From the NCBI GenBank assembly GCA_965261395.1, contig OZ253462.1:2304001-2368000 (forward strand): a stretch of 64,000 bases of DNA, in the 5' to 3' direction. The notes under the pieces are model-generated. The model ran no database searches and was not told where the DNA came from. It saw only the letters and a program-made list of their open reading frames with translations. This document shows positions 19,926 to 30,406 of the stretch, one piece after another (position 1 is the first letter of the stretch; every line of letters starts with the position of its first letter). Source of the stretch: Candidatus Latescibacterota bacterium (lineage in GTDB: Bacteria; Latescibacterota; UBA2968; UBA8231). Both the position numbers and the translations under genes were made by a program.

Positions 19926-20223
19926 ACTGGACCTCCGCCGAATTGAGTATCTCCTCTCGGAGCAACCAGTTGCGGCTTCTTTCGACTCCTCTGAAGGTGT
20001 GTAAATCCACTTGCCGGCCGAATATTTCCGACAGCTCGTCCTGCATGGTGATGAACTCCAGTCCCGGCGTCTGGCCTAGCTCAAAGTCCACGAGCACATC
20101 CACGTCGCTTTCGGGCGTGAAGTCGTCGCGCAGGACCGAGCCGAACAGGGCCATGCGCCGGATGTGATTGCGCCGACAGAAGGCGGCGATCTCGTCTTTG
20201 GGGATGTCGATTCTCGCGCTCAT
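19912..20223 (-). CDS. Minimal nucleotidyltransferase (MntA-like) antitoxin
   Basis: FGSVLRDDFTPESDVD (GSx10DxD); overlaps the HEPN gene. Confidence 0.9.
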   Translation of the reverse strand: MSARIDIPKDEIAAFCRRNHIRRMALFGSVLRDDFTPESDVDVLVDFELGQTPGLEFITMQDELSEIFGRQVDLHTFRGVERSRNWLLREEILNSAEVQYEQA

Positions 20224-20229
20224 GGCCTC

Positions 20230-20574
20230 TCAGATGTGCAGTTTCAAGTCAAACACGAGTTCCATATTGGCCCACCACTCGCCCTCTTTGGCCTCGGGCA
20301 CCTGCTGCTGAAAGGTCCGCATCAGTTCGTCCCACTCCTTCGCTTTGGGGTTTTGCTCGACGTAGCGCGGGAAGTCGCGGGCTGGATCGAACTCGTCGGT
20401 GGCGGTCATGTACATGAACATCCGCTGCCCCAAGAGAAAAATTTTCATGTCGGTGATACCGACCTCGCCTAGGCCCTGAAGCGGCTCGGGCCAGGGATCG
20501 GCGTGGTATGCCTTGTACTGGGCGATCAGTTCGGGATCGTCCTTCAACTCAATGGTTAGACCGAAGTGCTGCAT
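20230..20574 (-). CDS. L-rhamnose mutarotase family protein
   Basis: YKAYHADPWPE; WWANMELVFDL. Confidence 0.85.
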   Translation of the reverse strand: MQHFGLTIELKDDPELIAQYKAYHADPWPEPLQGLGEVGITDMKIFLLGQRMFMYMTATDEFDPARDFPRYVEQNPKAKEWDELMRTFQQQVPEAKEGEWWANMELVFDLKLHI

Positions 20575-21896
20575 TGCGTTTCTCCTTGGTTTTCAGCGCG
20601 ATAGGCTGCGGCCAAAAGCGACACGGGGTGGACGACGTCCACGGCGGCTTGTGCGCGGCGGACGCCGTACTGGAGCTGGATGGCACAGCCCGTGTTGCCC
20701 GTGGCTACTGCGGTCGCACCGGTCGCGCACACGTGCGCCATCTTGCGGTCGAGTAGCTGCATGGACAGCTCGGGCTGGGTGATGTTGTAGATGCCGGCGC
20801 TGCCGCAGCACCAGTCGGCCTCTGCCAGTGGCACGAGCTCCAAATTGGGCACGGCTTGGAGCACCTCGCGCGGGGCGGCGGAAACCCGCTGCCCGTGCTT
20901 GAGGTGGCACGACTCGTGGTAGGCGACCTGCTGTGGGGGCAGTGCGGCGCGGGGCTGGCGCAAGCCGATGTCGGCAAGCCACTCGTGTACGTCCTTTACT
21001 TTTTTGCTCCACGCCGCGGCCCGCTCCGCGTAGGCGGAGTCATCGGCCAGCAGGCGGTCGTAGTGCTTGCAGTGCAAGCCGCAGCCACCGGCATTGACGA
21101 CGATCGCGTCCAGATTTTCAGCATCAAAAGCGTCGATGTTAAGCCGCGCCTGCTGCCGCGCCTGTTCGACCGCGCCGTTGTGCGCGTGTAGCGAGCCGCA
21201 ACACGCCTGTCCTTCCGGCAGCAGCACTTGGCAGCCATTGTGCTGCAAGACGCATATCGTGTCGGCGTTTACCTCGGCAAAGGATATGTCTTGGACGCAG
21301 CCGGCCAACAGCGCGACCCGGTAGCGCGGTGCGGACGGATTCGCCTGCTGCAAACCTCGGCGATACAACTGGTCGGTAAAACGCCGGGAAATCTGCGGTG
21401 CCAGCGGCTCCAGTGCCCCCAAGCCAAAGGGCAGCAGCTTCAGGAGGCCGCTGCGGCGCGCCAGTGTTTGCAGACCGCTGCGCTGGAATATGCGCATCAA
21501 GCGCGCTACTGCCCGCAGGCGCGTCTGTTTGGCAAAGAGCCAGCCGAGGACCCAACGGCGCACAAAATTCCGCACTGTGCCGTCGAGCAAGCCCTGCCGC
21601 TCCACTTCGGCGCGGGCATTTTCAAATAGCGCGGCGTAATCCACGCCAGCCGGGCACGCGGTCTGACAGGCGAGGCAGCCGAGGCAGAAGTACATCTCTT
21701 CGGCAAAGATCGTACTCACCTCCAGCTCGCCATCGGCGATGGCCCGCATCATGGCGATCCGCCCCCTCGGCGAAGAGCGCTCGCTCAGAGTCGCGTCGTA
21801 CGTCGGGCAGGTCGGCAGGCAGAGGCCGCAGTGCATGCACTGCTGGAGCGCGGAGTAATCCAGACCGCTAAGTAGGTTGAGGCCGTCGTCGCTCAA
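20556..21896 (-). CDS. glcF: Glycolate oxidase Fe-S subunit (GlcF-like)
   Basis: Two CxxCxxCxxxCP motifs and two CCG domains; TTG start overlaps the glcD stop. Confidence 0.88.
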   Translation of the reverse strand: MSDDGLNLLSGLDYSALQQCMHCGLCLPTCPTYDATLSERSSPRGRIAMMRAIADGELEVSTIFAEEMYFCLGCLACQTACPAGVDYAALFENARAEVERQGLLDGTVRNFVRRWVLGWLFAKQTRLRAVARLMRIFQRSGLQTLARRSGLLKLLPFGLGALEPLAPQISRRFTDQLYRRGLQQANPSAPRYRVALLAGCVQDISFAEVNADTICVLQHNGCQVLLPEGQACCGSLHAHNGAVEQARQQARLNIDAFDAENLDAIVVNAGGCGLHCKHYDRLLADDSAYAERAAAWSKKVKDVHEWLADIGLRQPRAALPPQQVAYHESCHLKHGQRVSAAPREVLQAVPNLELVPLAEADWCCGSAGIYNITQPELSMQLLDRKMAHVCATGATAVATGNTGCAIQLQYGVRRAQAAVDVVHPVSLLAAAYRAENQGETQCSTSV

Positions 21897-23272
21897 TCGA
21901 ACATGTTCCCTGGGTTTAGGATGCCCTTGGGGTCGAAGGCGGTCTTGACCCGCTTGAGAATTTCTATCCCCACCGGCCCGAGTTGCCCGGGCAAGTAAGG
22001 CTTTTTGGCCAAGCCGACCCCGTGCTCGCCCGTGATGGTGCCGCCCAATTCCACAGCGTAGGCAAAAACCTCGGCCATGGCCTTTTCGACGCGGGCCATT
22101 TCTTCGGTGTCGCGCTCGTCGCACAGGAAGGTGGGGTGCAGGTTGCCGTCGCCGAAGTGGCCGAAGGTACCCACCCGCACTTGGTGCCGCTGGCCGACCT
22201 CCTGCACGTAGGCGACCATGGCCGCCAGCTCGCTGCGCGGCACGGTGACGTCCTCCAGCACGACCGTCGGCGCCAGCCGCGCCAGCGCACTAAAGGCCGT
22301 GCGTCGGGCTGCGGCAAGCTGTTGGGCCTCTGCTTCTGAAGCGGCTAGCCGCACCGAACGAGCGCCGCCCTCCCGGGCAATGGCCTCGATCTGGGCGGCC
22401 TGCTCGGCGACCTGCGCCGGGTGCCCATCTACTTCCATCAGCAGCACGGCCGCGCAATCCGTCGGCAGGCCAATACCGGCGTGAGCCTCCACGCATTCGA
22501 TGGTAGTACGGTCGAGGAATTCGAGGGTGCAGGGGATGATTTTGCGCGCGATAATCGCCGAGACTGTGGCCGCTGCCTGCGTCATCTCGTCGTAAAGGCC
22601 GAGCAAGGTCTTCTTGCTCGCAGGTGCCGGGACCAGCTTCAGCACGATCTTGGTAATGACCCCCAGCATCCCCTGAGAGCCGACGAAGAGATCTTTGAGC
22701 GTGAACCCCGCCACGTCCTTGACGCATTTGTTGCCAGTTTCCAACACCTGCCCGTCGGCGAGGACCACTTCCAGCCCCATCACGTAGTCGCGCGTCACGC
22801 CGTATTTTAATCCGCGCAGCCCCCCGGAATTATTGGCCACATTGCCGCCGATAGTCGAGATCTTGATCGAGCCGGGATCTGGGGGATAAAATAGGCCGGC
22901 GGCTTGGGCCGCGTCGGCGATCTGCTGAGTTAGAACGCCCGGTTGGACGACCATGACTAGGTTGGCTGCGTCTATCTCTAGTATCTGGTTGAGCCGGACC
23001 AAGCAGAGCACAACCCCTCCTTGCGAGGGCACCGACCCCCCGGCCAACCCAGTGCCCGAACCGCGCGGCACCACGGGTACCTCTCGCTGGTTGCACAGGG
23101 CCAAAAGCTGGGCGACCTCTTCCCGACTTTCCGGCAACGCCACGCAAGCGGGTCGCTGGTGCAGCAGGGCAGTCCCGTCGAAGGCATAGACGCTGCAATC
23201 CTCGGCCGAGGTCAACAATTGGTCTGGGCGCAAGAAGGTGCCGAGATCGCTTATCAGGGCGGCGTGATCCAT
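21893..23272 (-). CDS. glcD: FAD-linked oxidase, glycolate oxidase subunit GlcD-like
   Basis: PRGSGTGLAGG, YPPDP, KYGVTRD, DGNLHP, GEHGVG. Confidence 0.9.
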   Translation of the reverse strand: MDHAALISDLGTFLRPDQLLTSAEDCSVYAFDGTALLHQRPACVALPESREEVAQLLALCNQREVPVVPRGSGTGLAGGSVPSQGGVVLCLVRLNQILEIDAANLVMVVQPGVLTQQIADAAQAAGLFYPPDPGSIKISTIGGNVANNSGGLRGLKYGVTRDYVMGLEVVLADGQVLETGNKCVKDVAGFTLKDLFVGSQGMLGVITKIVLKLVPAPASKKTLLGLYDEMTQAAATVSAIIARKIIPCTLEFLDRTTIECVEAHAGIGLPTDCAAVLLMEVDGHPAQVAEQAAQIEAIAREGGARSVRLAASEAEAQQLAAARRTAFSALARLAPTVVLEDVTVPRSELAAMVAYVQEVGQRHQVRVGTFGHFGDGNLHPTFLCDERDTEEMARVEKAMAEVFAYAVELGGTITGEHGVGLAKKPYLPGQLGPVGIEILKRVKTAFDPKGILNPGNMFD

Positions 23273-23292
23273 TGCAGGCCTGGACGCAGTAG

Positions 23293-23985
23293 CTACAACT
23301 CGTCGGACAGGTGCTCGGTGCGGTTGAGATATTTGACGACTGTGGTGCCGCCGGGCGCGAGCGCGATGCGGGTAATCGCCGTGTTGTCGTGTTCGTAATA
23401 GGTGCCGTCGTCCAGTACCTGGTTACCTAGGGCCGAAAGCAACAGGCTCATAAAGCCGCCGTGGGTCACGAAGCCAATGCGCGTCTCTTCCCCTGCCCGC
23501 GCTAGCAAGTCTGCGGCTACGCCGATAGCACGGCGCTGGGCCTGCTGATCCGTTTCCTTGCCCGCGTCCCACCATCCGTCTTCGCCGACTTCCGCTGACG
23601 CGACGCTGGTGGGAAAACGCGCGGCAATTTCCGCCCGCGTCAGGCCGGGATAGCCAACGGCTCCCCGCTTGCCGCCGTGGTCGAGGTAAATGCCTCCCAT
23701 CTCGTGAATAGCTACCCAGATCTCCGACCTCAATTCCATTGCCTGTCCGATCGCTTGCGCTGTGTGCAGGGTGCGAATCATTGGACTGCAATAAAGCCGA
23801 TCGAAAAAGGGCCGATCCTCTGCGCGCTCGGCCGGGGCGAGGTGCAACCCTTCTGCTAGATACGCAGCTACCCGCTCGGCCTGTGCCCGGCCGTTAGCGG
23901 TTAATTCGGGATCGGCGACGCGCTGGCTGACATCGGCTAGCGCGTTGTTGGTGGACTCGCCGTGGCGAATCAGAAATAGGTCCAT
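23293..23985 (-). CDS. Histidine phosphatase family protein
   Basis: LIRHGES, SPMIRT, VTHGG. Confidence 0.9.
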   Translation of the reverse strand: MDLFLIRHGESTNNALADVSQRVADPELTANGRAQAERVAAYLAEGLHLAPAERAEDRPFFDRLYCSPMIRTLHTAQAIGQAMELRSEIWVAIHEMGGIYLDHGGKRGAVGYPGLTRAEIAARFPTSVASAEVGEDGWWDAGKETDQQAQRRAIGVAADLLARAGEETRIGFVTHGGFMSLLLSALGNQVLDDGTYYEHDNTAITRIALAPGGTTVVKYLNRTEHLSDEL

Positions 23986-24058
23986 GGCATTCTTGACAGT
24001 AGTATGGTTAGTGGTTAGTGGTTAATGACCGCTTACTTCTCACTCTAATGTTAATGTT

Positions 24059-25546
24059 ATGGATATTAAAGTAATTCAAGGAGCTATTCAAAAACAGGAC
24101 GCGGACGTCCTCGTGGTCAACCTCTTTGCCGGAGCGCGTCCAGGCGGCGCTACGGGCGCGGTTGACCAAGCCCTTAGCGGCCAAATCTCGGCGGCGATTG
24201 ACCTCGGCGACTTCGAGGGCAAGGCTGGCCAAACCTTGCTGCTGTACACGCACGGCCAGATCCCAGCACCGCGCGTCCTCGTCGTTGGCTTGGGCGAGCA
24301 GGAGGGCTTTGACCTCGAAAGGGAGCGCCGTGCCGCGGGCACGGCCATCGGCACCCTCGGCGGCTTGGGTGCTAAGAGTGCAGCCACCATTCTCCACGGC
24401 ACAGGCGCGGGCAATCTGCCCGTCGAGCCAGCCGCTCAAGCTGTGGCCGAAGCCTCGCTGTTGGCGGCCTATCGCTTTGACGAGTACCGCTCGCAGCCCC
24501 GCCCACAGCCGCTGGCCAAGCTGCACATCGTAGAGTTTGACTCGACTAAGCTCAAAGAGGCGCGCCGCGGAGTTCGTCGGGGCTGCGCCCTCGCCGAGGC
24601 CACCTGCCTCGCCCGCGACTTGGTCAATCACCCCGGCGGCGAAGTGACGCCGGCCTACTTGGCCCGCACGGCCCGCCGCCTAGCCAAAACCCACGATTTG
24701 CGCTGCCGGATTTTCGGCGCAAAAAGCTTGGCCGAGCTAGGCATGGAAGCCTTGGTGGCCGTTGGTCAGGGCAGTGCCAATAAGCCGCGTTTCATTGTCC
24801 TTGAACACGGCCCCCGCGAGGGTGATCCACTAGTGTTTGTCGGCAAGGGCATCACCTTTGACAGCGGCGGCCTCTCGCTCAAGACCGTCGAGGGCATCCG
24901 CACGATGAAGACCGACATGTCCGGTGCCGCTGCCGTCTTGGGCGCTATGCAGGCGGTGGCCGCGCTCGGCCTCAAGCGGCGGGTCGTCGGCCTGATTGCC
25001 GCTGCTGAGAACATGCCCTCCAGCACCGCCTTCCGCCCCGACGACGTGCTGCGCACTCTCGCTGGCAAGACCATCGAGATCATCAGCACGGACGCCGAAG
25101 GCCGCCTCGTCTTGGCCGATGCCCTCGCCTACGCCAGCCGCTACGAGCCAGCCGCGGTCGTCGATCTGGCCACCCTCACCGGCGCTTGCGTAACCGCGCT
25201 GGGGCACCATGCGTCGGGTCTGTTTGCCAACGACGACGACTTGGCGGATCGGCTGATCGCGGCCGGGGAGCAGACTGGCGAGCGGCTCTGGCGTCTGCCG
25301 CTGTGGCCCGAGTATCGCGATCAGATCGACAGCGACATCGCCGACATGAAAAACTCAGGCGGTCGGCCGGCAGGTGCCAGTACGGCCGCGGCGCTTTTGG
25401 CGGAGTTCGCCGACTATTCTTGGGCGCACCTCGACATTGCCGGCACCGCTTGGTGCGAAAAGGCCAAACCCTACGTGCCACGAGGCGGCGTCGGCATCGG
25501 CGTGCGCCTATTGACCCAACTTGCCCTCGATTGGAGCCCATCATGA
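24059..25546 (+). CDS. pepA: Leucyl aminopeptidase (M17)
   Basis: GKGITFDSGG, MKTDM, TDAEGRL, DLATLTGA, HLDIAG. Confidence 0.95.
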   Translation: MDIKVIQGAIQKQDADVLVVNLFAGARPGGATGAVDQALSGQISAAIDLGDFEGKAGQTLLLYTHGQIPAPRVLVVGLGEQEGFDLERERRAAGTAIGTLGGLGAKSAATILHGTGAGNLPVEPAAQAVAEASLLAAYRFDEYRSQPRPQPLAKLHIVEFDSTKLKEARRGVRRGCALAEATCLARDLVNHPGGEVTPAYLARTARRLAKTHDLRCRIFGAKSLAELGMEALVAVGQGSANKPRFIVLEHGPREGDPLVFVGKGITFDSGGLSLKTVEGIRTMKTDMSGAAAVLGAMQAVAALGLKRRVVGLIAAAENMPSSTAFRPDDVLRTLAGKTIEIISTDAEGRLVLADALAYASRYEPAAVVDLATLTGACVTALGHHASGLFANDDDLADRLIAAGEQTGERLWRLPLWPEYRDQIDSDIADMKNSGGRPAGASTAAALLAEFADYSWAHLDIAGTAWCEKAKPYVPRGGVGIGVRLLTQLALDWSPS

Positions 25547-26535
25547 CCATTCGCACGATCCACGTAGGAGCCGGTGGCCGCGGCCGCTGGCCCCTGAACC
25601 GCTTCCGCGACCGCACCGACTTCGAGTCCGTCGCCTTGGTCGATGTTAGCGAGGAGAACCTCGCCACGGCGCGGGAGATTACCGGCCTAGGCGAGGAAGC
25701 GTGTTTTTCTTCGCTAGCTGAGGCTTTGCAAGCCGTCGAAGCCGACGCCGTGGTCGTCATTACGCCGCCCGACCTGCACGCCGGTCAATGTATAGAGGCA
25801 GTCCGTGCCGGTAAGCACGTACTGGTCGAAAAGCCCTTCACCAAAGACCTCGGTCACGCTCGGCAAATCGTCGCTGAGGCAGCCGAGCGTGGCCTCAAGG
25901 TCGCCGTCACCCAGAACGCTCGCTACTATCCGCCGGTCTTGACCATCCGCCGCTTGCTGCAAAGCGGCGAATTGGGCCATCCTTCCTTTGGCCTGATGAC
26001 CAAATACGGCTGGCGTCCGCGGGTCCACCATTCAGGCGCGGATCAACACGCCTATTTGTGGGAGCGCGGCATCCACGACTTCGACCAATTGCGCCACCTG
26101 CTCGACTCCGAGCCCAAGCGGCTCTTTTGCAATAGCTTCAACCCGCCTTGGAGCCCGTACAGCGGCGGTGCGGCCATCGACGGCTGGATCGAGTTCCACA
26201 ACGGCACCACCTTCAACTTCCAATGCACTTTCGCCACCCACAAAGGCGGCTCAAGCTGGCGGCTGGACTGCGAGAAGGGCACGGTCGAAGAGGTCTCCGG
26301 CGGCTTGGCGCTCCGGCGGCCCGGAGCCGATGCGGACGAGATCATACCTATGGACGAAAACCCCCATCCCGAGGAAGTCCTCTTAGACGGCTTCCGCGAC
26401 TACGTGCTCAACGACGTGGAGCCGTCCTTCTCCGGCCCGCGCAACCTAGCCACGGTGGGCCTTATCAACGCCTTAGGGGCCTCGTCAGAGCAAGGCGTGG
26501 TAATCGACTTCGACGAGTACATGGCCGCCGAATAG
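25543..26535 (+). CDS. Gfo/Idh/MocA oxidoreductase
   Basis: VGAGGRG, GKHVLVEKP, IHDFD; ATGA overlap with pepA. Confidence 0.88.
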   Translation: MTIRTIHVGAGGRGRWPLNRFRDRTDFESVALVDVSEENLATAREITGLGEEACFSSLAEALQAVEADAVVVITPPDLHAGQCIEAVRAGKHVLVEKPFTKDLGHARQIVAEAAERGLKVAVTQNARYYPPVLTIRRLLQSGELGHPSFGLMTKYGWRPRVHHSGADQHAYLWERGIHDFDQLRHLLDSEPKRLFCNSFNPPWSPYSGGAAIDGWIEFHNGTTFNFQCTFATHKGGSSWRLDCEKGTVEEVSGGLALRRPGADADEIIPMDENPHPEEVLLDGFRDYVLNDVEPSFSGPRNLATVGLINALGASSEQGVVIDFDEYMAAE

Positions 26536-26558
26536 AGGGCGTGCCACTGGATAAAGCA

Positions 26559-27581
26559 ATGGACGAACAAACCGCCCGTCGCCTGCACCAAGACTCCTTG
26601 GTCATTGACGCTCATAACGACAGCATCGTCGCGCTGATCCGTCGGGGTATGTCCCTAAATGGCACACAGCGCACTGACTTTCACCAGCGCGAGGGGGCTG
26701 TCGCGTATTTGCGCCAGTACCAGTCGTCGGACGACGGCGTTCAGCTCGACTTGCCCAAGGCGCGCGAGGGAGGGATAGACGCGGCGTTTTTCGCCGTTGA
26801 CTGCACCCGCCCTTGGGGCAATCACTTGCTTTACTGCATGGACGCCTTGGGCTGTTTTTTACAGGAGGTGGAAGAGCACAGCGGGAGCATTGCCGTGGCG
26901 CGCTGCGCGGCGGACATTGAGCGCGCCCGCGCCGAGGGCCGACTGGCGGCCATACTGGCGGTGGAAAACAGCGATGCGCTGGAGAAAAGCCTCCACGTCC
27001 TGCCGCTGCTCTACCAACTGGGCGTCCGCGCCATGACCTTCACCCACAGCACCCGCTCTTGGGCCGGAGACGGCTGTGAAGTCGAGGGGGGAGGCGGCCT
27101 GACCGGCTTTGGCCGCCAGCTACTAGCGCAGATGAACGAGCTGGGCATGGTCGTCGATGTGTCCCATCTCAACGAACCGGGCTTTTGGGACGTGGCCCGA
27201 GCGGCCCAAGCTCCTTTTATGGCCACCCATAGCTGCTGCCGCGCCCTCTGCGACCATCCGCGCAACCTCCGCGACGAGCAACTGCGCGCCCTCGCCGAAA
27301 AGGGCGGGGTCGTGAGCATCACCTTTGTCCCGCCCTTTATCGACGCGCACAATCCCACCTTTGACGGCCTGCTCGACCACATTGAGCACGCGGTCGCCGT
27401 TGCTGGCATCGACCACGTCGGCTTGGGATCGGATTTTGACGGTGGCGGCTTGCTCTTAGAAGATGTGACCTGCCTCCCGGACATTGCGGTGGGCTTGGCC
27501 GCTCGCGGCTATGCCGAGGCCGATGTCCGCAAGATCCTCGGCGCGAACCAACTGCGGTTCCTGCAACAGGTCATCGGCTGA
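26559..27581 (+). CDS. Membrane dipeptidase (M19)
   Basis: IDAHND, VDVSH, HPRNL, HVGLGSDFDG. Confidence 0.92.
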   Translation: MDEQTARRLHQDSLVIDAHNDSIVALIRRGMSLNGTQRTDFHQREGAVAYLRQYQSSDDGVQLDLPKAREGGIDAAFFAVDCTRPWGNHLLYCMDALGCFLQEVEEHSGSIAVARCAADIERARAEGRLAAILAVENSDALEKSLHVLPLLYQLGVRAMTFTHSTRSWAGDGCEVEGGGGLTGFGRQLLAQMNELGMVVDVSHLNEPGFWDVARAAQAPFMATHSCCRALCDHPRNLRDEQLRALAEKGGVVSITFVPPFIDAHNPTFDGLLDHIEHAVAVAGIDHVGLGSDFDGGGLLLEDVTCLPDIAVGLAARGYAEADVRKILGANQLRFLQQVIG

Positions 27582-29070
27582 GGCCGTAGAGCGCTCCGAA
27601 CTTCTCCTGCAAATAGGCGATGAAGTAATCGGCACTCAGCTTCGCGCCCGTCACCTCCTCGACCAATTCGCTGGCCGTCGCCCGTGAGCCACGGGTGTGG
27701 ATTTTCTCGTTGAGCCAAGTTTTGAGCGGCTCGAGTACGCCCTGCGCGATCTGTGCTTCGAGGTCGGGTAAGTCTTGGTGGGCTTGGTGAAAAAACTGGG
27801 CCGCGTACAAGTTGCCTAGCGCGTAGGTAGGGAAATAGCCCATCAGGCCGCAAGACCAGTGAATGTCTTGCAGCACGCCGCGAGCGTCGTCGGGCGGGCG
27901 GATGCCCAAGTATTGCTCCATCCGCTCGTTCCACACCGCGGGCAATTCAGCCACGGCAACCCGCTCCTCAATCAGGTCGCACTCCAGTTCAAAACGCAGC
28001 AGGATGTGGAGGTTGTACGTCACCTCGTCGGCCTCGACCCGGATCAGCGACGGCTCGACTTGATTGACCGCTGCGTAAAAGGCGTCTAGATCGACCGCGC
28101 TGAACTGCTGGGGAAAAAGCGCTCGTAGCTTGGGCAGGTAATGAGTCCAAAAGGCTTTGCTGCGGCCGACCATGTTCTCCCATAGCCGTGACTGCGACTC
28201 GTGGATCCCCAGCGAAATGCTCGCGCCGGCCGGGGTGCCGCTGGCGGCGGCGGGCAGACCCTGTTCGTACAGTCCGTGCCCGCCCTCGTGGATGGTGCCG
28301 AAAAGCGAGCCGGGCAGCCAATCGGCACTGTAGCGCGTCGTTAGCCGCACATCGTCGCGGGACGTGCCCGAGCAAAACGGATGCACCGCCAAGTCGAGCC
28401 GTCCGGCCTGCATGTCGAAGCCCATGTCCGCCAGCACCTGCCGTCCCAAAAGCTCCTGTTGCTCGATGGGGTATTCCTGGTCGAGTACGCCCCGCGCCGG
28501 GTACTGCCCGGTGGCGGCGATCTGCTCGACTAGCGGCACGAGCTGGGCTTTGAGTTGGGCAAAGACTGGGGCGATCTCCTCGGCCCGCGCATAAGGCTCG
28601 TACTCGTCGAGCAGCGCGTTGTACATCGCGCCTTCGTAGCCGACCCGCTCGGCCACTTCCCTTTTGAGCGCGATTATTTTTTCTAACCAAGGCTGGAAGA
28701 GGGCAAAGTCCGATTTTTTTCGCGCCTCGACCCAAGCCTCGTGTCCCAAGGACTCGGTCTGGCTCAGCTCGACGACTAGCTCTTTGGGCAACTTGAGCGA
28801 CCGGCTCTGCTGGCGGTCAATTTCGCGGACGTTGACGGCCGCGTCGCCTGTTAGCTCGGCATCCTTGAGGTCGGCTACGAGTGCTACGAGTTCCGGTGCG
28901 GTGAGCCGCTCGTGGTACAGACCGGCCAAGGTCCCCAACGATCTAGCCCGCATGGCCGCGCCCCGCGGCGGCATATAGGTCTCTTGGTCCCAGCTCATCA
29001 GCCCTTGCGCGTGGCTTAGATCGGCCAGCTCGTGGAGGCGTTCTACAAAGGTTTCATACGTTTTGCTCAT
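27571..29070 (-). CDS. Carboxypeptidase M32
   Basis: WDQETYMP, HPF, HEGGH, HESQSRLWEN, IRVEADE, GYFPTY. Confidence 0.95.
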   Translation of the reverse strand: MSKTYETFVERLHELADLSHAQGLMSWDQETYMPPRGAAMRARSLGTLAGLYHERLTAPELVALVADLKDAELTGDAAVNVREIDRQQSRSLKLPKELVVELSQTESLGHEAWVEARKKSDFALFQPWLEKIIALKREVAERVGYEGAMYNALLDEYEPYARAEEIAPVFAQLKAQLVPLVEQIAATGQYPARGVLDQEYPIEQQELLGRQVLADMGFDMQAGRLDLAVHPFCSGTSRDDVRLTTRYSADWLPGSLFGTIHEGGHGLYEQGLPAAASGTPAGASISLGIHESQSRLWENMVGRSKAFWTHYLPKLRALFPQQFSAVDLDAFYAAVNQVEPSLIRVEADEVTYNLHILLRFELECDLIEERVAVAELPAVWNERMEQYLGIRPPDDARGVLQDIHWSCGLMGYFPTYALGNLYAAQFFHQAHQDLPDLEAQIAQGVLEPLKTWLNEKIHTRGSRATASELVEEVTGAKLSADYFIAYLQEKFGALYGLSR

Positions 29071-29176
29071 GGCGTTGCCTTTCCTTGGATTGGATTAAAT
29101 TAATGGTTGCTCGTCTGCGAATTTTTGCGTGTCTTCTGTCCATTCGCCTGTGACCCCATCATCCGCGGAGGCTCCC

Positions 29177-30406
29177 ATGAAGATCACCCACGCTGAAGCC
29201 ATTGCCCTCAACATCCCCTTCTATGCCGAGCACGTCACTCGCGCCATGCAGCGCGCCTCGACCCACGACGAGCGCGTGTGGGTCGTGCGCTTGGAGACGG
29301 ACAACGGCCTCGTGGGCTGGGCCGACAACCACGGCCAGCCATCGGTCGATGGCCTCGTCGGGCAAAACCCAGCCAGCCTGATAAACCGCGACGATATTGG
29401 CTTTGGCCCGCAAGTCGCCTGTCTCGACCTAGTGGGCCAAGACAACGGCGTGCCCGTACACGAGCTGCTCGGCGTCAAGCTCCGCGACCGCTGCCCCATA
29501 TCTTGGTGGGACATAGATATGCCGCCCCAAGACTGGGTCGCCGAGGCCGAGGAATCGCTAAAGCGCGGGTACACCTGCATTAAGATGAAGGCCCGCCCTT
29601 GGCGCGACATCATCGCCCAAACTGATGCAGTCGCCAAGGTCGTCCCGGCCGATTACAAATTCGACGTGGACTTCAACGGCTTCTTGCTCAACCAAGCTAA
29701 GGCCGAAATCATCCTGCAAAAACTCGACGAAAACCCCAATGTCGGCATGTACGAAAGCCCGTTTTACTTGCACTCGGACGTAGATGGCGCGCGGATTTTG
29801 CGCGAGCGGGTGCGCAAACCCATTGTCGAGCACTACCAAGACCAATATCTGCGCAACAACTGCTGCGATGGTTTCGTCATCGGCAGCGGCGCGACTGAGA
29901 CCCGGCGGGCGGCAACCCTCGCGGCCGCCCACAACAAGCCCTTTTGGCTCCAGCTCGTCGGCGCTGGCTTAACCACTGCTTATGCGGCGCACCTCGGCTC
30001 GGTACTCTCGCACGCCCAACTGCCCTATATCACCTGCCACGAGCTGTGGGAGGACGACCTGCTGCAAGAGCCTATCGAGGTTCGCGATGGCTATATGCCG
30101 GTTCCAGACGCGCCCGGCTTGGGCGTTTCCGTGGATGAAGAGGCGATTGCAAAGTACCGAGTGGATCCCGCAGAGCCTACGCCCACGCACCGCTACATGG
30201 CCCAAAAGCGGATTCTCCGCGTGTACTGGCCGGGTGACGGCAAAGAGCGAGAGTGGGAATTTACCGCTGAAGACCGCTATCAGCGGGCCTTCTATGCCGG
30301 CAACATTCCCGGCTTTGAGCAAGGCGTCGATTTGGAGGTGATTGAGGACGACAACAGCGCGGCCTTCCAAAAGCGACACGAGGCTCTGGTGGCGCAAGAG
30401 CGCTAG
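29177..30406 (+). CDS. Enolase superfamily (MR/MLE) enzyme
   Basis: KMK, VDFN, YESP, PDAPGLGV. Confidence 0.82.
   Translation: MKITHAEAIALNIPFYAEHVTRAMQRASTHDERVWVVRLETDNGLVGWADNHGQPSVDGLVGQNPASLINRDDIGFGPQVACLDLVGQDNGVPVHELLGVKLRDRCPISWWDIDMPPQDWVAEAEESLKRGYTCIKMKARPWRDIIAQTDAVAKVVPADYKFDVDFNGFLLNQAKAEIILQKLDENPNVGMYESPFYLHSDVDGARILRERVRKPIVEHYQDQYLRNNCCDGFVIGSGATETRRAATLAAAHNKPFWLQLVGAGLTTAYAAHLGSVLSHAQLPYITCHELWEDDLLQEPIEVRDGYMPVPDAPGLGVSVDEEAIAKYRVDPAEPTPTHRYMAQKRILRVYWPGDGKEREWEFTAEDRYQRAFYAGNIPGFEQGVDLEVIEDDNSAAFQKRHEALVAQER

Noticed and set aside
24005-24025. TGGTTAG heptamer repeated about three times in the pepA divergent region
   Set aside because: Too short to support a function; not a CRISPR-like repeat-spacer pattern
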